Of a stretch of DNA of 64,000 bases, positions 51,011-59,728 are shown piece by piece. The stretch comes from Chitinophaga pinensis (GTDB taxonomy: Bacteria; Bacteroidota; Bacteroidia; 2-12-FULL-35-15): the NCBI GenBank assembly GCA_945885475.1, contig CAMCYR010000010.1, positions 10,536 through 74,535 on the forward strand. Reading direction: 5' to 3'. How positions within the stretch are numbered: position 1 is the first letter of the stretch; the number at the start of each line of letters is the position of its first letter. The position numbers and the translations under genes were made by a program. The notes below the pieces were generated by a model. The model was not told the origin of the DNA. It worked only from the letters and a program-made list of their open reading frames with translations, and did not search any database.

Positions 51011-53836
51011 ATGAAAAATAAATTATTGATTAATATTGCTCTATTGAGCATTGGTTTTAGCTTGCAACAAAATATTGTTGCTCAGCAAGTCCCCACGACT
51101 ACAAGCCCTGCTCTTCCAGCACTTAACGGAAGAGATGCTAGAGATTTTTGGTCTAGAGCAGGCAATTCAGGAATAGGAATTAATAACCAAAATAATATTT
51201 TTGGAACTCTAGGTAGTTTTAACTCACCTATCTATACACAAACCAATGGTGTATTTCGTGAAAAGCTTAATGGAGATTTTACCGGTGGAACCCAATACCC
51301 AATCAACGGTTATACATTTGCAACGGGAGTAAATACCAGTGGCTATTTATTGCTGGGACAAAATAATCCAACACAACCCGGTGGAGCATCTCCGCTATTG
51401 TATAATGCAAAGGGTGCATTTTCACTATTGCATTTAAATGGTCCACAAAGTACAATTCCAGGTGCAGGTTTCACACAAGAATTTGGATATCGCCCTTGGA
51501 TGAAAACTGGAATTACATTTACAGGAAACAATGACTTGATGTACTTTGGAGTGAGAGCTTTACCTTCTGCACCTCAAGACCAAACCGAAATGGTTGTTTC
51601 ATGGAGTGATAACTCAGGAGCAGGTGCTGGACCAGATGATTTCGCTTTTAGATTTATCGGGTTAGGCGCTGGCACAACAATAAGTACAACTTTAAGTGAT
51701 GAAAATGATTTAGACGGAAGACACATTGCCCGCTTTGCACCAACCGGTGAAATGGGTTTAGGAAATACTTTTGGATCGCCAGTAGGTATTTATGTTCGTC
51801 CTCAAAATTTACTTCACATGAGTTTGGATTTGCAAAAACAAGTTTTTATGCAAATTACAAATCAAAATGGAACGGGACAAAATGCTGGTGATGGACTTCT
51901 AGTTGGTTATGCTCCAACAAGTGCAATTAACCTAGAAGCTAGAATAAACCAACAAGAGAACGACCGTTTAAGTTTGTATGCAAATAACGGAGAGCGTATA
52001 CGAATTATGCAAATTGGCGCGTTGAATAATGGTAATGCTTTTAATCCAGGTTCTTTAGCGACAAACTTAACACGTATTGGAGTTAGTCATGACCCCGCAC
52101 AACCAGTTACACGTCCTTTAAGTTTGATGCATTTAGGTTATAATACTGGTGCGACAAATGATGGTTGGAGAAATTGGATGGACGTAGGAACATTTACAGC
52201 CAATGGAACAGATAATATGTATGTTGGATTAAAAAGAGAACCAACAGCTTTTCCAATTGATAGATTTGATGCTGTAATTAATTGGGGAGATAACAGTGGG
52301 CCAGTTGGGCCTTTTGCTATTGGTCCAGATAATCTTAGATTTATTTTTACATCTGCAACTGTTGGAACACCTGGTTTACCACCTTCAAATGGTGTAAACG
52401 GAGTTGAAGGAATGAGAATGACGCCTTCAACTAACGTAGCAGTTACAAATGCTCATGTGTGGACTGGAATTGGCGGTGATCCGACTGTTAATCAATATGG
52501 TCCAGGCGGAACAAGTATTAATCCAACACAAACATTAGAAGTGAATTCTTCTGAAGCTACTACAGTAGTTGGTGGAAGTAGTGGGTTGCGTTTTACGAAT
52601 TTAAATACAACTTCTCCTATAACTGCTACAAATCCTGGGTTAGGAGTTTTAGCTGTAGATGCAGATGGTGATGTTATTTATGTGCCAAGTGGTGGAAATG
52701 CTTTTGGAAATATCTGTGGTGCAGCACCCGTTCCTCTAACCAATAACTGGGAAATTCCTCAAGGAATAAATACATATAATTTTAGTGGAGTTGGCGCAGT
52801 AAATATTACTCGTCTAACAACTTGTGCACCTATCGCTAAATTTCTAGTTGATGATAATTTCTACGCTCGTACTTCCATTGTTAGAAACACTACCAATATA
52901 GCAACAAATATTGCTGGTGTTTTTATTGGTTCTGATGTTGCTAAAGTACATGCAATCGTTGTACCTAATGGAGGAGGCAATGTTGGATTCGGGGTTGGCA
53001 GTCCAAATACTACTTATAGATTACATGTGAATGGAGGGTTTCTTTTAAACGGAAATTTTGATGGAGCTGGAACCCAAACATACGTTTCTGACCAGCAATT
53101 TAAAACGAATATTGATTCTATTCCAAGTGCCTTAAATATTATTAATCAACTAGATCCAAAGTCATTCTATTTTGATACAACAAATGTTTATGGCATGAAT
53201 TTTAGCGATAAAAAACAGTATGGTTTAATTGCTCAAGATGTTGAACTTGTTTTGCCTGAATTGGTAAGCAATCTGAATAAGATAGAAGAGAGAGATAGTT
53301 TAGGTAATATTATTACTGCGTCTGTTTCTTATAAAGCATTAAACTATAACGCTTTTATTACAATTTTAATAAAAGGAATGCAAGAGCAACAATCAAAAAT
53401 TGATAGTTTAAATGATGAAAATGATGAGCATGATTCTATCAATGCTTCTTTACAAAACCAAATCAATTTATTAGCTGACATGATCAACTCTTGTTGCAGC
53501 AGTCATTCGATGCAAACAAACAACAACTCAAACACTTCTGTTACATCTCAGAATTTAGATTTGAAAGATGATCAGTCAATTGTTTTGGAACAAAACGTTC
53601 CTAACCCTTTTGCTGAACAAACAACTATCAATTATTTTTTACCAGACAATGTTGTAAAAGCACAAATGCTTTTTTACAATGCACAAGGTAAATTAATTCA
53701 ATCTGTAGATTTGAATGAAAGAGGAAAAGGTAACTTAAATGTTTTTGCTAGTGATTTAAGCAATGGTATTTATACTTATACTTTAGTAGCTGATGGAAAA
53801 GTTGTTGAGACTAAAAAAATGGTTAAACAACAATAG
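51011..53836 (+). CDS. T9SS type-A CTD cargo protein with an internal duplicated beta-rich domain and a phage tail-fibre-type intramolecular chaperone (peptidase S74-like) domain
   Basis: Signal peptide. Internal repeat (VSWSDNSGAGAGPDDFAFRFIG vs INWGDNSGPVGPFAIGPDNLRFIF). Chaperone-of-endosialidase-type motifs (YRLHVNGG, SDQQFKTNI...LNIINQLDPKSFYFD...YGLIAQDVELVLPELV). A coiled-coil follows, then C-terminal NPFAEQTTINY...GIYTYTLVADGKVVETKKMV. Confidence 0.8.
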   Translation: MKNKLLINIALLSIGFSLQQNIVAQQVPTTTSPALPALNGRDARDFWSRAGNSGIGINNQNNIFGTLGSFNSPIYTQTNGVFREKLNGDFTGGTQYPINGYTFATGVNTSGYLLLGQNNPTQPGGASPLLYNAKGAFSLLHLNGPQSTIPGAGFTQEFGYRPWMKTGITFTGNNDLMYFGVRALPSAPQDQTEMVVSWSDNSGAGAGPDDFAFRFIGLGAGTTISTTLSDENDLDGRHIARFAPTGEMGLGNTFGSPVGIYVRPQNLLHMSLDLQKQVFMQITNQNGTGQNAGDGLLVGYAPTSAINLEARINQQENDRLSLYANNGERIRIMQIGALNNGNAFNPGSLATNLTRIGVSHDPAQPVTRPLSLMHLGYNTGATNDGWRNWMDVGTFTANGTDNMYVGLKREPTAFPIDRFDAVINWGDNSGPVGPFAIGPDNLRFIFTSATVGTPGLPPSNGVNGVEGMRMTPSTNVAVTNAHVWTGIGGDPTVNQYGPGGTSINPTQTLEVNSSEATTVVGGSSGLRFTNLNTTSPITATNPGLGVLAVDADGDVIYVPSGGNAFGNICGAAPVPLTNNWEIPQGINTYNFSGVGAVNITRLTTCAPIAKFLVDDNFYARTSIVRNTTNIATNIAGVFIGSDVAKVHAIVVPNGGGNVGFGVGSPNTTYRLHVNGGFLLNGNFDGAGTQTYVSDQQFKTNIDSIPSALNIINQLDPKSFYFDTTNVYGMNFSDKKQYGLIAQDVELVLPELVSNLNKIEERDSLGNIITASVSYKALNYNAFITILIKGMQEQQSKIDSLNDENDEHDSINASLQNQINLLADMINSCCSSHSMQTNNNSNTSVTSQNLDLKDDQSIVLEQNVPNPFAEQTTINYFLPDNVVKAQMLFYNAQGKLIQSVDLNERGKGNLNVFASDLSNGIYTYTLVADGKVVETKKMVKQQ

Positions 53837-53872
53837 ATGGTATCAGGTATTTAGTATCAGGTATCAAATTAA

Positions 53873-53905
53873 AAAGTCCCGAGCTTAACACTCGGGACTT
53901 TTTAG
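53873..53905 (+). terminator. Intrinsic terminator after the T9SS gene pair (bidirectional with deaD)
   Basis: gtcccgag-cttaaca-ctcgggac stem flanked by an A5 run and a T5 run. Confidence 0.8.
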
Positions 53906-53921
53906 TTTATAACTTATCAGA

Positions 53922-55934
53922 TTAAAATTGTTTTCTAGGACGTCTTTCTCTTGAGAAATTACTTTTTCTATCTCCTCCTCCACTCGATTCGTTTTTAGAA
54001 TAGCTTTTTTCTGCAGATGAATTTTCATTCCCTTTAGATGAACTTCTTTCACGGTCGCTATAGGATTTGCGCTCCGTTGAAGGTCCTCTGTCTGAACGAT
54101 CACCATAAGACTTGCGTTCCCCGGAAGAACTTCCGCTAGAGCGATCACTATAAGATCTACGTTCACCAGAACCTGAACTTCTGCGTTCACCAGATCCGCT
54201 GTTACCTCTATAACCTCCTCTGTCGCTACCTCTATCACGGTTTCCACCGCCATATCCGCCTTTGCGTTCTGCACCACCAAATGATCTTCTGTTTCCACCT
54301 CCTTCATATCCACCACTTGATCTTCTTTCTCCACTGCTATCGCCACGAGATTCAATACGCACATTACGGTTGTTGTAACGTGCATTTTTGAATGTTCCCT
54401 GGATGATCTCAGCCGATTCAGTTTTCACTTCAACAAAAGAGAAACTACTTTTAACTTCAATGCTAACGATCGTTGCAATATCAACACCGGAAACTTCAGC
54501 AATGTACTGCTTCATTGCTGTGCTATCTAAACTATCTAATTCACCTAAGTTTATGAATAATTTAGTAATACCCGGCGTGGATGAAGAACGCTCTCTGTCT
54601 CTTGAAGCACCAGCATTTAGATCAGGAGCATTTTTGTAATAATCTAAAAAGCGGTTAAACTCAGTAGATACAAATCGCTTGATGATATCTTCTCTTGTCA
54701 GTTCTTTTAATTCATCGTAAATGTTTGGCAAGTAAGCTTCAATCGCTTCTTCATTTACTTCAACATTGTGAATTTTTTTCACCAAGCTGAACAATTGTTT
54801 TTCACACGCTTCGAATCCGGTTGGGATCGTACCTTGAATAAACTTCTTTTTGATGATACGTTCGATGATACGAATCTTTCCTACTTCTTTCATGTTGATG
54901 ATACAGATTGAAGTACCGGTTTTACCAGCACGAGCTGTTCTACCAGAGCGGTGCGTATAGTTTTCAATTTCGTCAGGCAAGTTATAATTGATAACGTGCG
55001 TAACATCATTCACATCAATACCACGCGCTGCAACATCAGTAGCTACAAGCATTTGCAAAGAACGAGAACGGTAACGTTTCATAACGTGATCGCGTTGTTG
55101 TTGAGATAAGTCACCGTGCAATGAATCCGCTCCGTAACCATCTTTAATTAATGCATCTGCAATTTCCTGTGTTTCGATACGTGTACGACAAAATACAATC
55201 GCAAAAATATCTGGATTTGAATCCGCGATACGTTTTAATGCTGCATATTTATCACGCGCTTGAACAACATAATAAATGTGTTCGATATTATCGTTACCTG
55301 AATTTTTTGTTCCTGCAGTAATTTCTACTGGTTTTTCCATGTAGTTTTTAGAGATACGCAAAACTTCATCTGGCATTGTTGCAGAAAACAACCAGGTGTT
55401 TTTTTCTTCTGGAGTTTGAGACAAAATGGTATCCAAATCTTCTTTGAATCCCATGTTCAACATCTCATCAGCCTCATCTAATACAGCGAAACGTACGTTA
55501 CTAAAGTTTACACGTCTGCGGTCAATCATATCACATAAACGACCAGGAGTTGCAACAACAATTTGTGCACCTTTCTTAATGTCGCGTGATTGATTATCGA
55601 TACTTGCTCCACCATATACAGCAACGATGTTTGCACCGTCAATGTATTTAGTATAACTCTGCAAATCGCGTGTAATTTGCATACACAGTTCTCGTGTAGG
55701 ACAAATAATTACAGCTTGTGTATCACGTGAAGTGAAATCTACAAGGTGTGTTAAAGGCAAGCCAAAGGCAGCCGTTTTTCCCGTTCCCGTTTGTGCCAAA
55801 GCAACTAAATCGGTGTTACCGGTTAATAATACAGGAATTACTTTTTCCTGGATAGGAGTTGGACTTTCAAAACCCAACTCTGTTACAGCTTTAACAATAG
55901 CATTGTTAAAGCCTAACGCTTCAAATTTGTTCAT
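53922..55934 (-). CDS. deaD: DEAD-box RNA helicase DeaD/CsdA-like with a DbpA RNA-binding domain and a long Arg/Ser/Gly-rich low-complexity tail
   Basis: AQTGTGKT, DEAD, SAT and HRSGRTARAG motifs. The C-terminal approximately 170 aa are (G/S)ERRS / RGG-like repeats. Confidence 0.92.
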   Translation of the reverse strand: MNKFEALGFNNAIVKAVTELGFESPTPIQEKVIPVLLTGNTDLVALAQTGTGKTAAFGLPLTHLVDFTSRDTQAVIICPTRELCMQITRDLQSYTKYIDGANIVAVYGGASIDNQSRDIKKGAQIVVATPGRLCDMIDRRRVNFSNVRFAVLDEADEMLNMGFKEDLDTILSQTPEEKNTWLFSATMPDEVLRISKNYMEKPVEITAGTKNSGNDNIEHIYYVVQARDKYAALKRIADSNPDIFAIVFCRTRIETQEIADALIKDGYGADSLHGDLSQQQRDHVMKRYRSRSLQMLVATDVAARGIDVNDVTHVINYNLPDEIENYTHRSGRTARAGKTGTSICIINMKEVGKIRIIERIIKKKFIQGTIPTGFEACEKQLFSLVKKIHNVEVNEEAIEAYLPNIYDELKELTREDIIKRFVSTEFNRFLDYYKNAPDLNAGASRDRERSSSTPGITKLFINLGELDSLDSTAMKQYIAEVSGVDIATIVSIEVKSSFSFVEVKTESAEIIQGTFKNARYNNRNVRIESRGDSSGERRSSGGYEGGGNRRSFGGAERKGGYGGGNRDRGSDRGGYRGNSGSGERRSSGSGERRSYSDRSSGSSSGERKSYGDRSDRGPSTERKSYSDRERSSSKGNENSSAEKSYSKNESSGGGDRKSNFSRERRPRKQF

Positions 55935-56297
55935 TAAATATTTATTAAGTTAATATTACAGTCGTCACTTACAAGGAAGTACATGTGAGTTGAATCCGAC
56001 AACTGTGTTATAAGGAGCCCACCATCATTGGTCTTGGGGCTTTTTCGGCAATGTTCTACAGTCGTAAATTCGTCTCAGCAAAAATCCTATTTTGACTAAA
56101 ACCGATGCAAAGATAGTATAATTAACTGAATAGATGCTATTTATGAAAAATAAAATGAAATCGTGTCTTCAATCTCTCTTCTATTTTTTTCTATTTTTTT
56201 TCTTGTTCAGCTTGAACGTATCTATTTTTAGGGTGTTTTGAGGTGTTTGTATAAAATTGTTTCTGCAAGAATCGTTACAGTATATCCCGCCTCCTAT

Positions 56298-56876
56298 TTA
56301 TTTACTATAAAAAGAAAATAATTTTCCATTCAGAATAGAAACGATCTTATTGTAAGAACGTGTAGTGACAAGCATTTCGTTCTGTTTAATCAAAAAGGGA
56401 AAGGGACGACTGAGTTGAACATAATTTTTATCTTTAATAAAAAACGCATCGAGTTGTGTAGTTTCACTTTCATCAAACTCTCCAATCAAATAGTTGTTGC
56501 TATTAAAGGATGTATCGATCTGCATGTCCGTATTCATTAAACAGCCTTTGTAATTTCCTTCTTTTACTTTAGTCGAATAATTAGAGTAGAAAAAATAAAC
56601 CGGACAGAAATTGAAATTGGCTTTAAAAGCAGCGATGATCGATCTGTTGTTGTTCTCCTGTTCTTTTCTGATTTCCTCTGCTTCTTTTTCTTTCCCCCTT
56701 TTTTTTAATCCGCTTATTTGCAATTCAGATGTTTTTAAGCGAACGAATAAAGCTCCGTTTTTTAACATAACAATGTTTGTTCGGGCATTATCTTTTGGTT
56801 TTACTTTTTTTTGAGCAAAGCAAACAGAAGAGATTAAAAGAAGAAAAATAGAAAGGTTGCGATTAAGTTTTTTCAT
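56298..56876 (-). CDS. Hypothetical secreted protein (start set at MKKLNRNL...; the track's upstream MPRHGISSLE extension is a translated hairpin repeat)
   Basis: Signal peptide [22 protein letters not shown]. The start codon lies inside repeat unit 1. Confidence 0.55.
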   Translation of the reverse strand: MKKLNRNLSIFLLLISSVCFAQKKVKPKDNARTNIVMLKNGALFVRLKTSELQISGLKKRGKEKEAEEIRKEQENNNRSIIAAFKANFNFCPVYFFYSNYSTKVKEGNYKGCLMNTDMQIDTSFNSNNYLIGEFDESETTQLDAFFIKDKNYVQLSRPFPFLIKQNEMLVTTRSYNKIVSILNGKLFSFYSK

Positions 56877-57316
56877 TTCTAATGATGAGATCCCGTGTCG
56901 TGGCACGGGATGACTGTTAATTAATTATACTTGTCACACAAAGCGTAATTAGTAGAAAAAAAAGCAGGCCTGTAAGCCGGGTTCTGTGGAGTTCTATCAT
57001 TTATCTAGATCTGATTAAGTTTTTTCATTTCTAATGATGAGATCCCGTGTCGTGGCACGGGATGACTGTTAATTAATTATAATTGTCACCCAAAGTGTAA
57101 TTAGTAGAAAAAAAAGCAGGCCTGTAAGCCGGGTTCTGTCGAGTTCTATCATTTATCTGGATCTGATTAAGTTTTTTCATTTCTAATGATGAGATCCCAT
57201 GTCGTGGCACGGGATGACTGTTAATTAATTATAATTGTCACACAAAGCGTAATTAGTAGAAAAAAAAGCAGGCCTGTAAGCCGGGTTCTGTCGAGTTCTA
57301 TCATTTATCTAGATCT
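56861..57316. repeat. Tandem triplication of a 152-bp unit (56861-57012, 57013-57164, 57165-57316). Each unit holds the rnpB 3' end, a T8 run, a spacer, a palindromic hairpin and the ATG of the downstream gene
   Basis: Three head-to-tail copies with about 4-6 substitutions between copies. Each contains gcaggcctgtaagccgggttctgt (the reverse complement of the RNase P RNA 3' end) and gagatcccgtgtcgtggcacgggatgac. Confidence 0.9.
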
Positions 57317-57613
57317 TGCATCACTACAAGACTCAAGCAACCTACCCTCCGAAATCGAGCGAGCAGCTCTAATGCTTCGGTTTATTTGGTCTTTCAACTC
57401 CCAAGGTTTACCCGAAATAATTGTCGCCAACTATTTCCGTGAGCTCTTACCTCACATTTTCACCATCACCAAGTATTGCTACAAGGCTGTATTTTTCTGT
57501 GGCACTTGCTGTCTTCGTATTGCTACGAATCCTTCCTGTTAGGAAGTGGGATGCTCTGTGTTGCCCGGACTTTCCTCTCCGTATTGCTACGCAGCGATAG
57601 AACGGCCTGCTCC
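57268..57613 (-). ncRNA. rnpB: RNase P RNA (bacterial type A)
   Basis: Reading the minus strand: GGAGAGGAAAGTCCGGGC (P4), ACAGAAAAATACAGCC, GGTAAGAGCTCAC, GGGTAAACC...CAAATAAACCG, AGGGTAGGTTGCTTGAG and 3' ACAGAACCCGGCTTACAGGCCTGC. P1 (GCAGGCC/GGCCTGC) and P2 (GTTCTATCG/CGACAGAAC) can pair. Confidence 0.88.
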
Positions 57614-57706
57614 GTAAAGGTAGTCAATTAGTTGATTGCGGGAAGGTTTAATGCCGAATTTAGAATACTCAACATTCTTTGCCTTTGTCCGGATTTCAAA
57701 ATATAT

Positions 57707-58765
57707 TTAATTAATGATTATTTCTGTTGCACCGAAACCGTATTTAGAATACGAACCGTCGTGCATTTTTAGGTTATTGTAAGAAGCGATGATTGCCCTG
57801 ACCTCTTGTTTTAAGCGCCCATTCCCTACTCCATGGATCACTACTAAACTTCTGTATCGGTCGTTGATCGCTTTATCCAGTACATTTTGGAAGTGCTTCA
57901 ACTGGATCTGAATGATTTCGGCATTACTCATTCCCGAATAGTTTTCCATCAACTCTTCGATGTGAAGATCAATTTCCATTTCGTAAGCTGGATTATTGCT
58001 CACATGCGGTTTTGATTTTTTTGATGTCTCCATCTTCGTTTGTTTCTGAAAGAGGATCTTCGACAGGTCCATATCCGGGGGATACAGTTCTTCTGATTTG
58101 ATTCCATTTATTTCCGAGACATTTATGATGAGCGATTTTTCTGAGATAAAACGGTTCTCAGAAAAAGCATTCTCTTTGTATAATTTTATAGGCTTTAACT
58201 TTATCACTTCGCTGATCGGTAACTGATGCGTATGTTCTTTTTCATCAAAAAAAAGTGCGTCAATTTTAAAGGTGGAACTTTCACTTAACAATTTCCGGTC
58301 AATGGTCTCGATCAATTCATGTTCAAATGCATCGATATTTCCCGTTTCAAGTGTTTTAAATCCGTCATTACTGAAGATCGAATAGGTGAATAATACTTGA
58401 TATGATGTGTTGTTGATCATCCAGACGTTAAAGTCGGAATGCGCAATATCGTTTTCTTTTTCAGGAGAAAATGCCAGATAAACACCTTCCGGCTCCACTA
58501 TTTTTGAAGGTTTCAGGTTTTTCTTTTCAAGTAGAGGAACCGATTGTTCTTCCACATATTTAACGGAGGATTGAATTCTTGATTCGTCATAGATCAGCAG
58601 TAATTGTGAAATAGCAAAGGGTAATTCAAAACCGTCTTCAATGGTGATTCCCAGGGTGGTCTTGTTAATTATCTTACTAACAATTCCTTCTCCTTTTTCA
58701 TTCAGAAACCTGACCTTATCACCAATTTTAAAATTCATCCTACAAAAATAAAACTTTAAAATCAT
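57707..58765 (-). CDS. Smr (MutS2 C-terminal-like) domain protein, DUF2027 family
   Basis: C-terminal Smr domain (EIDLHIEEL...VIHGVGNGRLKQEV). The start is probably the MNFKIGDKVRF Met, 9 codons downstream of the track's start. Confidence 0.7.
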   Translation of the reverse strand: MILKFYFCRMNFKIGDKVRFLNEKGEGIVSKIINKTTLGITIEDGFELPFAISQLLLIYDESRIQSSVKYVEEQSVPLLEKKNLKPSKIVEPEGVYLAFSPEKENDIAHSDFNVWMINNTSYQVLFTYSIFSNDGFKTLETGNIDAFEHELIETIDRKLLSESSTFKIDALFFDEKEHTHQLPISEVIKLKPIKLYKENAFSENRFISEKSLIINVSEINGIKSEELYPPDMDLSKILFQKQTKMETSKKSKPHVSNNPAYEMEIDLHIEELMENYSGMSNAEIIQIQLKHFQNVLDKAINDRYRSLVVIHGVGNGRLKQEVRAIIASYNNLKMHDGSYSKYGFGATEIIIN

Positions 58766-58783
58766 TTTTGTACATTTGAAAAG

Positions 58784-59728
58784 ATGAAACTTCGTATTTT
58801 CTTTTATACTTCTATCACTTCTGTCGTATTGCTTTTTTTAAGTTGCAGCAAAGATGTTCCGGTTACAAGCTACAAAACCCAAAATGTAATTGTGGTGGTG
58901 GTGGATGGTGCACGCTTCTCTGAAACGTGGGGTGAACCTACTCATCAGTATATTCCACATCGCTCCGCAATGCTTGCGCAAGGCGTTTTTTGTAGCAATT
59001 TTTATAATAACTGTGTGACTTCAACAACTCCCGGCCATACGTCCATTTGTACAGGCGTTTGTCAGAATATTAATAATGCTGGCGCTGAATATCCTGCTCA
59101 TCCCTCTATCTTTCAATACTGGTTAAAAGCATATAAGCGCCCCAATGACGAAGCGTGGATCATTACAACGAAAGATAAATTAGAAGTACTTTCGGATTGC
59201 ACAGACAGCAAATGGAAAGGTCGCTGCCGACCGATGACTGACTGTGGCGTGAATGGTTTGGGAACAGGATACCGCGAAGACAGTACGACCTTTAAAAGTG
59301 TGTATTCAAAACTTAGTTTGAAACACCTTCGTTTAACACTTGTGAATTTTAAACAACCCGATGCTGCTGGTCATGCAAACAATTGGGGAGCCTATTTGCA
59401 AGGAATCGTTGATACGGATGAGTATATTTATAAATTATGGCAGAAAATCCAAGAAAACGAATTTTATAAAGACCGCACCACCATGATTGTTACAAACGAT
59501 CATGGAAGACATACATCCGGACATTTAGATGGCTTTGTTTCGCATGGTGATGCTTGCGAAGGTTGCAGACACATTGAGTTTTTTGCAATCGGTCCGGATT
59601 TTAAACAGAATTTTATTTGTGATATGCCCTACGATCAGGTAGACATAAATAATACTATCGCTGAATTGATGGGCTTCTCCGCTCCTACTTCCACCGGAAA
59701 AGTAATGCGCGCTATTTTTAAAAATTAA
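58784..59728 (+). CDS. Alkaline-phosphatase-superfamily metalloenzyme-like lipoprotein (specificity unknown)
   Basis: Lipobox LFLSCSK. The VVVVDGARFSE metal-ligand motif and NDHGRH...HGD are typical of AP, NPP and iPGM-type cores. Confidence 0.5.
   Translation: MKLRIFFYTSITSVVLLFLSCSKDVPVTSYKTQNVIVVVVDGARFSETWGEPTHQYIPHRSAMLAQGVFCSNFYNNCVTSTTPGHTSICTGVCQNINNAGAEYPAHPSIFQYWLKAYKRPNDEAWIITTKDKLEVLSDCTDSKWKGRCRPMTDCGVNGLGTGYREDSTTFKSVYSKLSLKHLRLTLVNFKQPDAAGHANNWGAYLQGIVDTDEYIYKLWQKIQENEFYKDRTTMIVTNDHGRHTSGHLDGFVSHGDACEGCRHIEFFAIGPDFKQNFICDMPYDQVDINNTIAELMGFSAPTSTGKVMRAIFKN

Noticed and set aside
53885-54385. 166-aa minus-strand ORF overlapping the deaD tail in another frame
   Set aside because: It is a frame-shifted reading of the same repetitive DNA that encodes the DeaD RS/RGG tail. 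It has low-complexity composition and is an artefact.
56877-56906. N-terminal extension MPRHGISSLE of the 56298 gene
   Set aside because: It is the translation of the palindromic hairpin repeat. A proper signal peptide begins at the next Met (MKKLN...).
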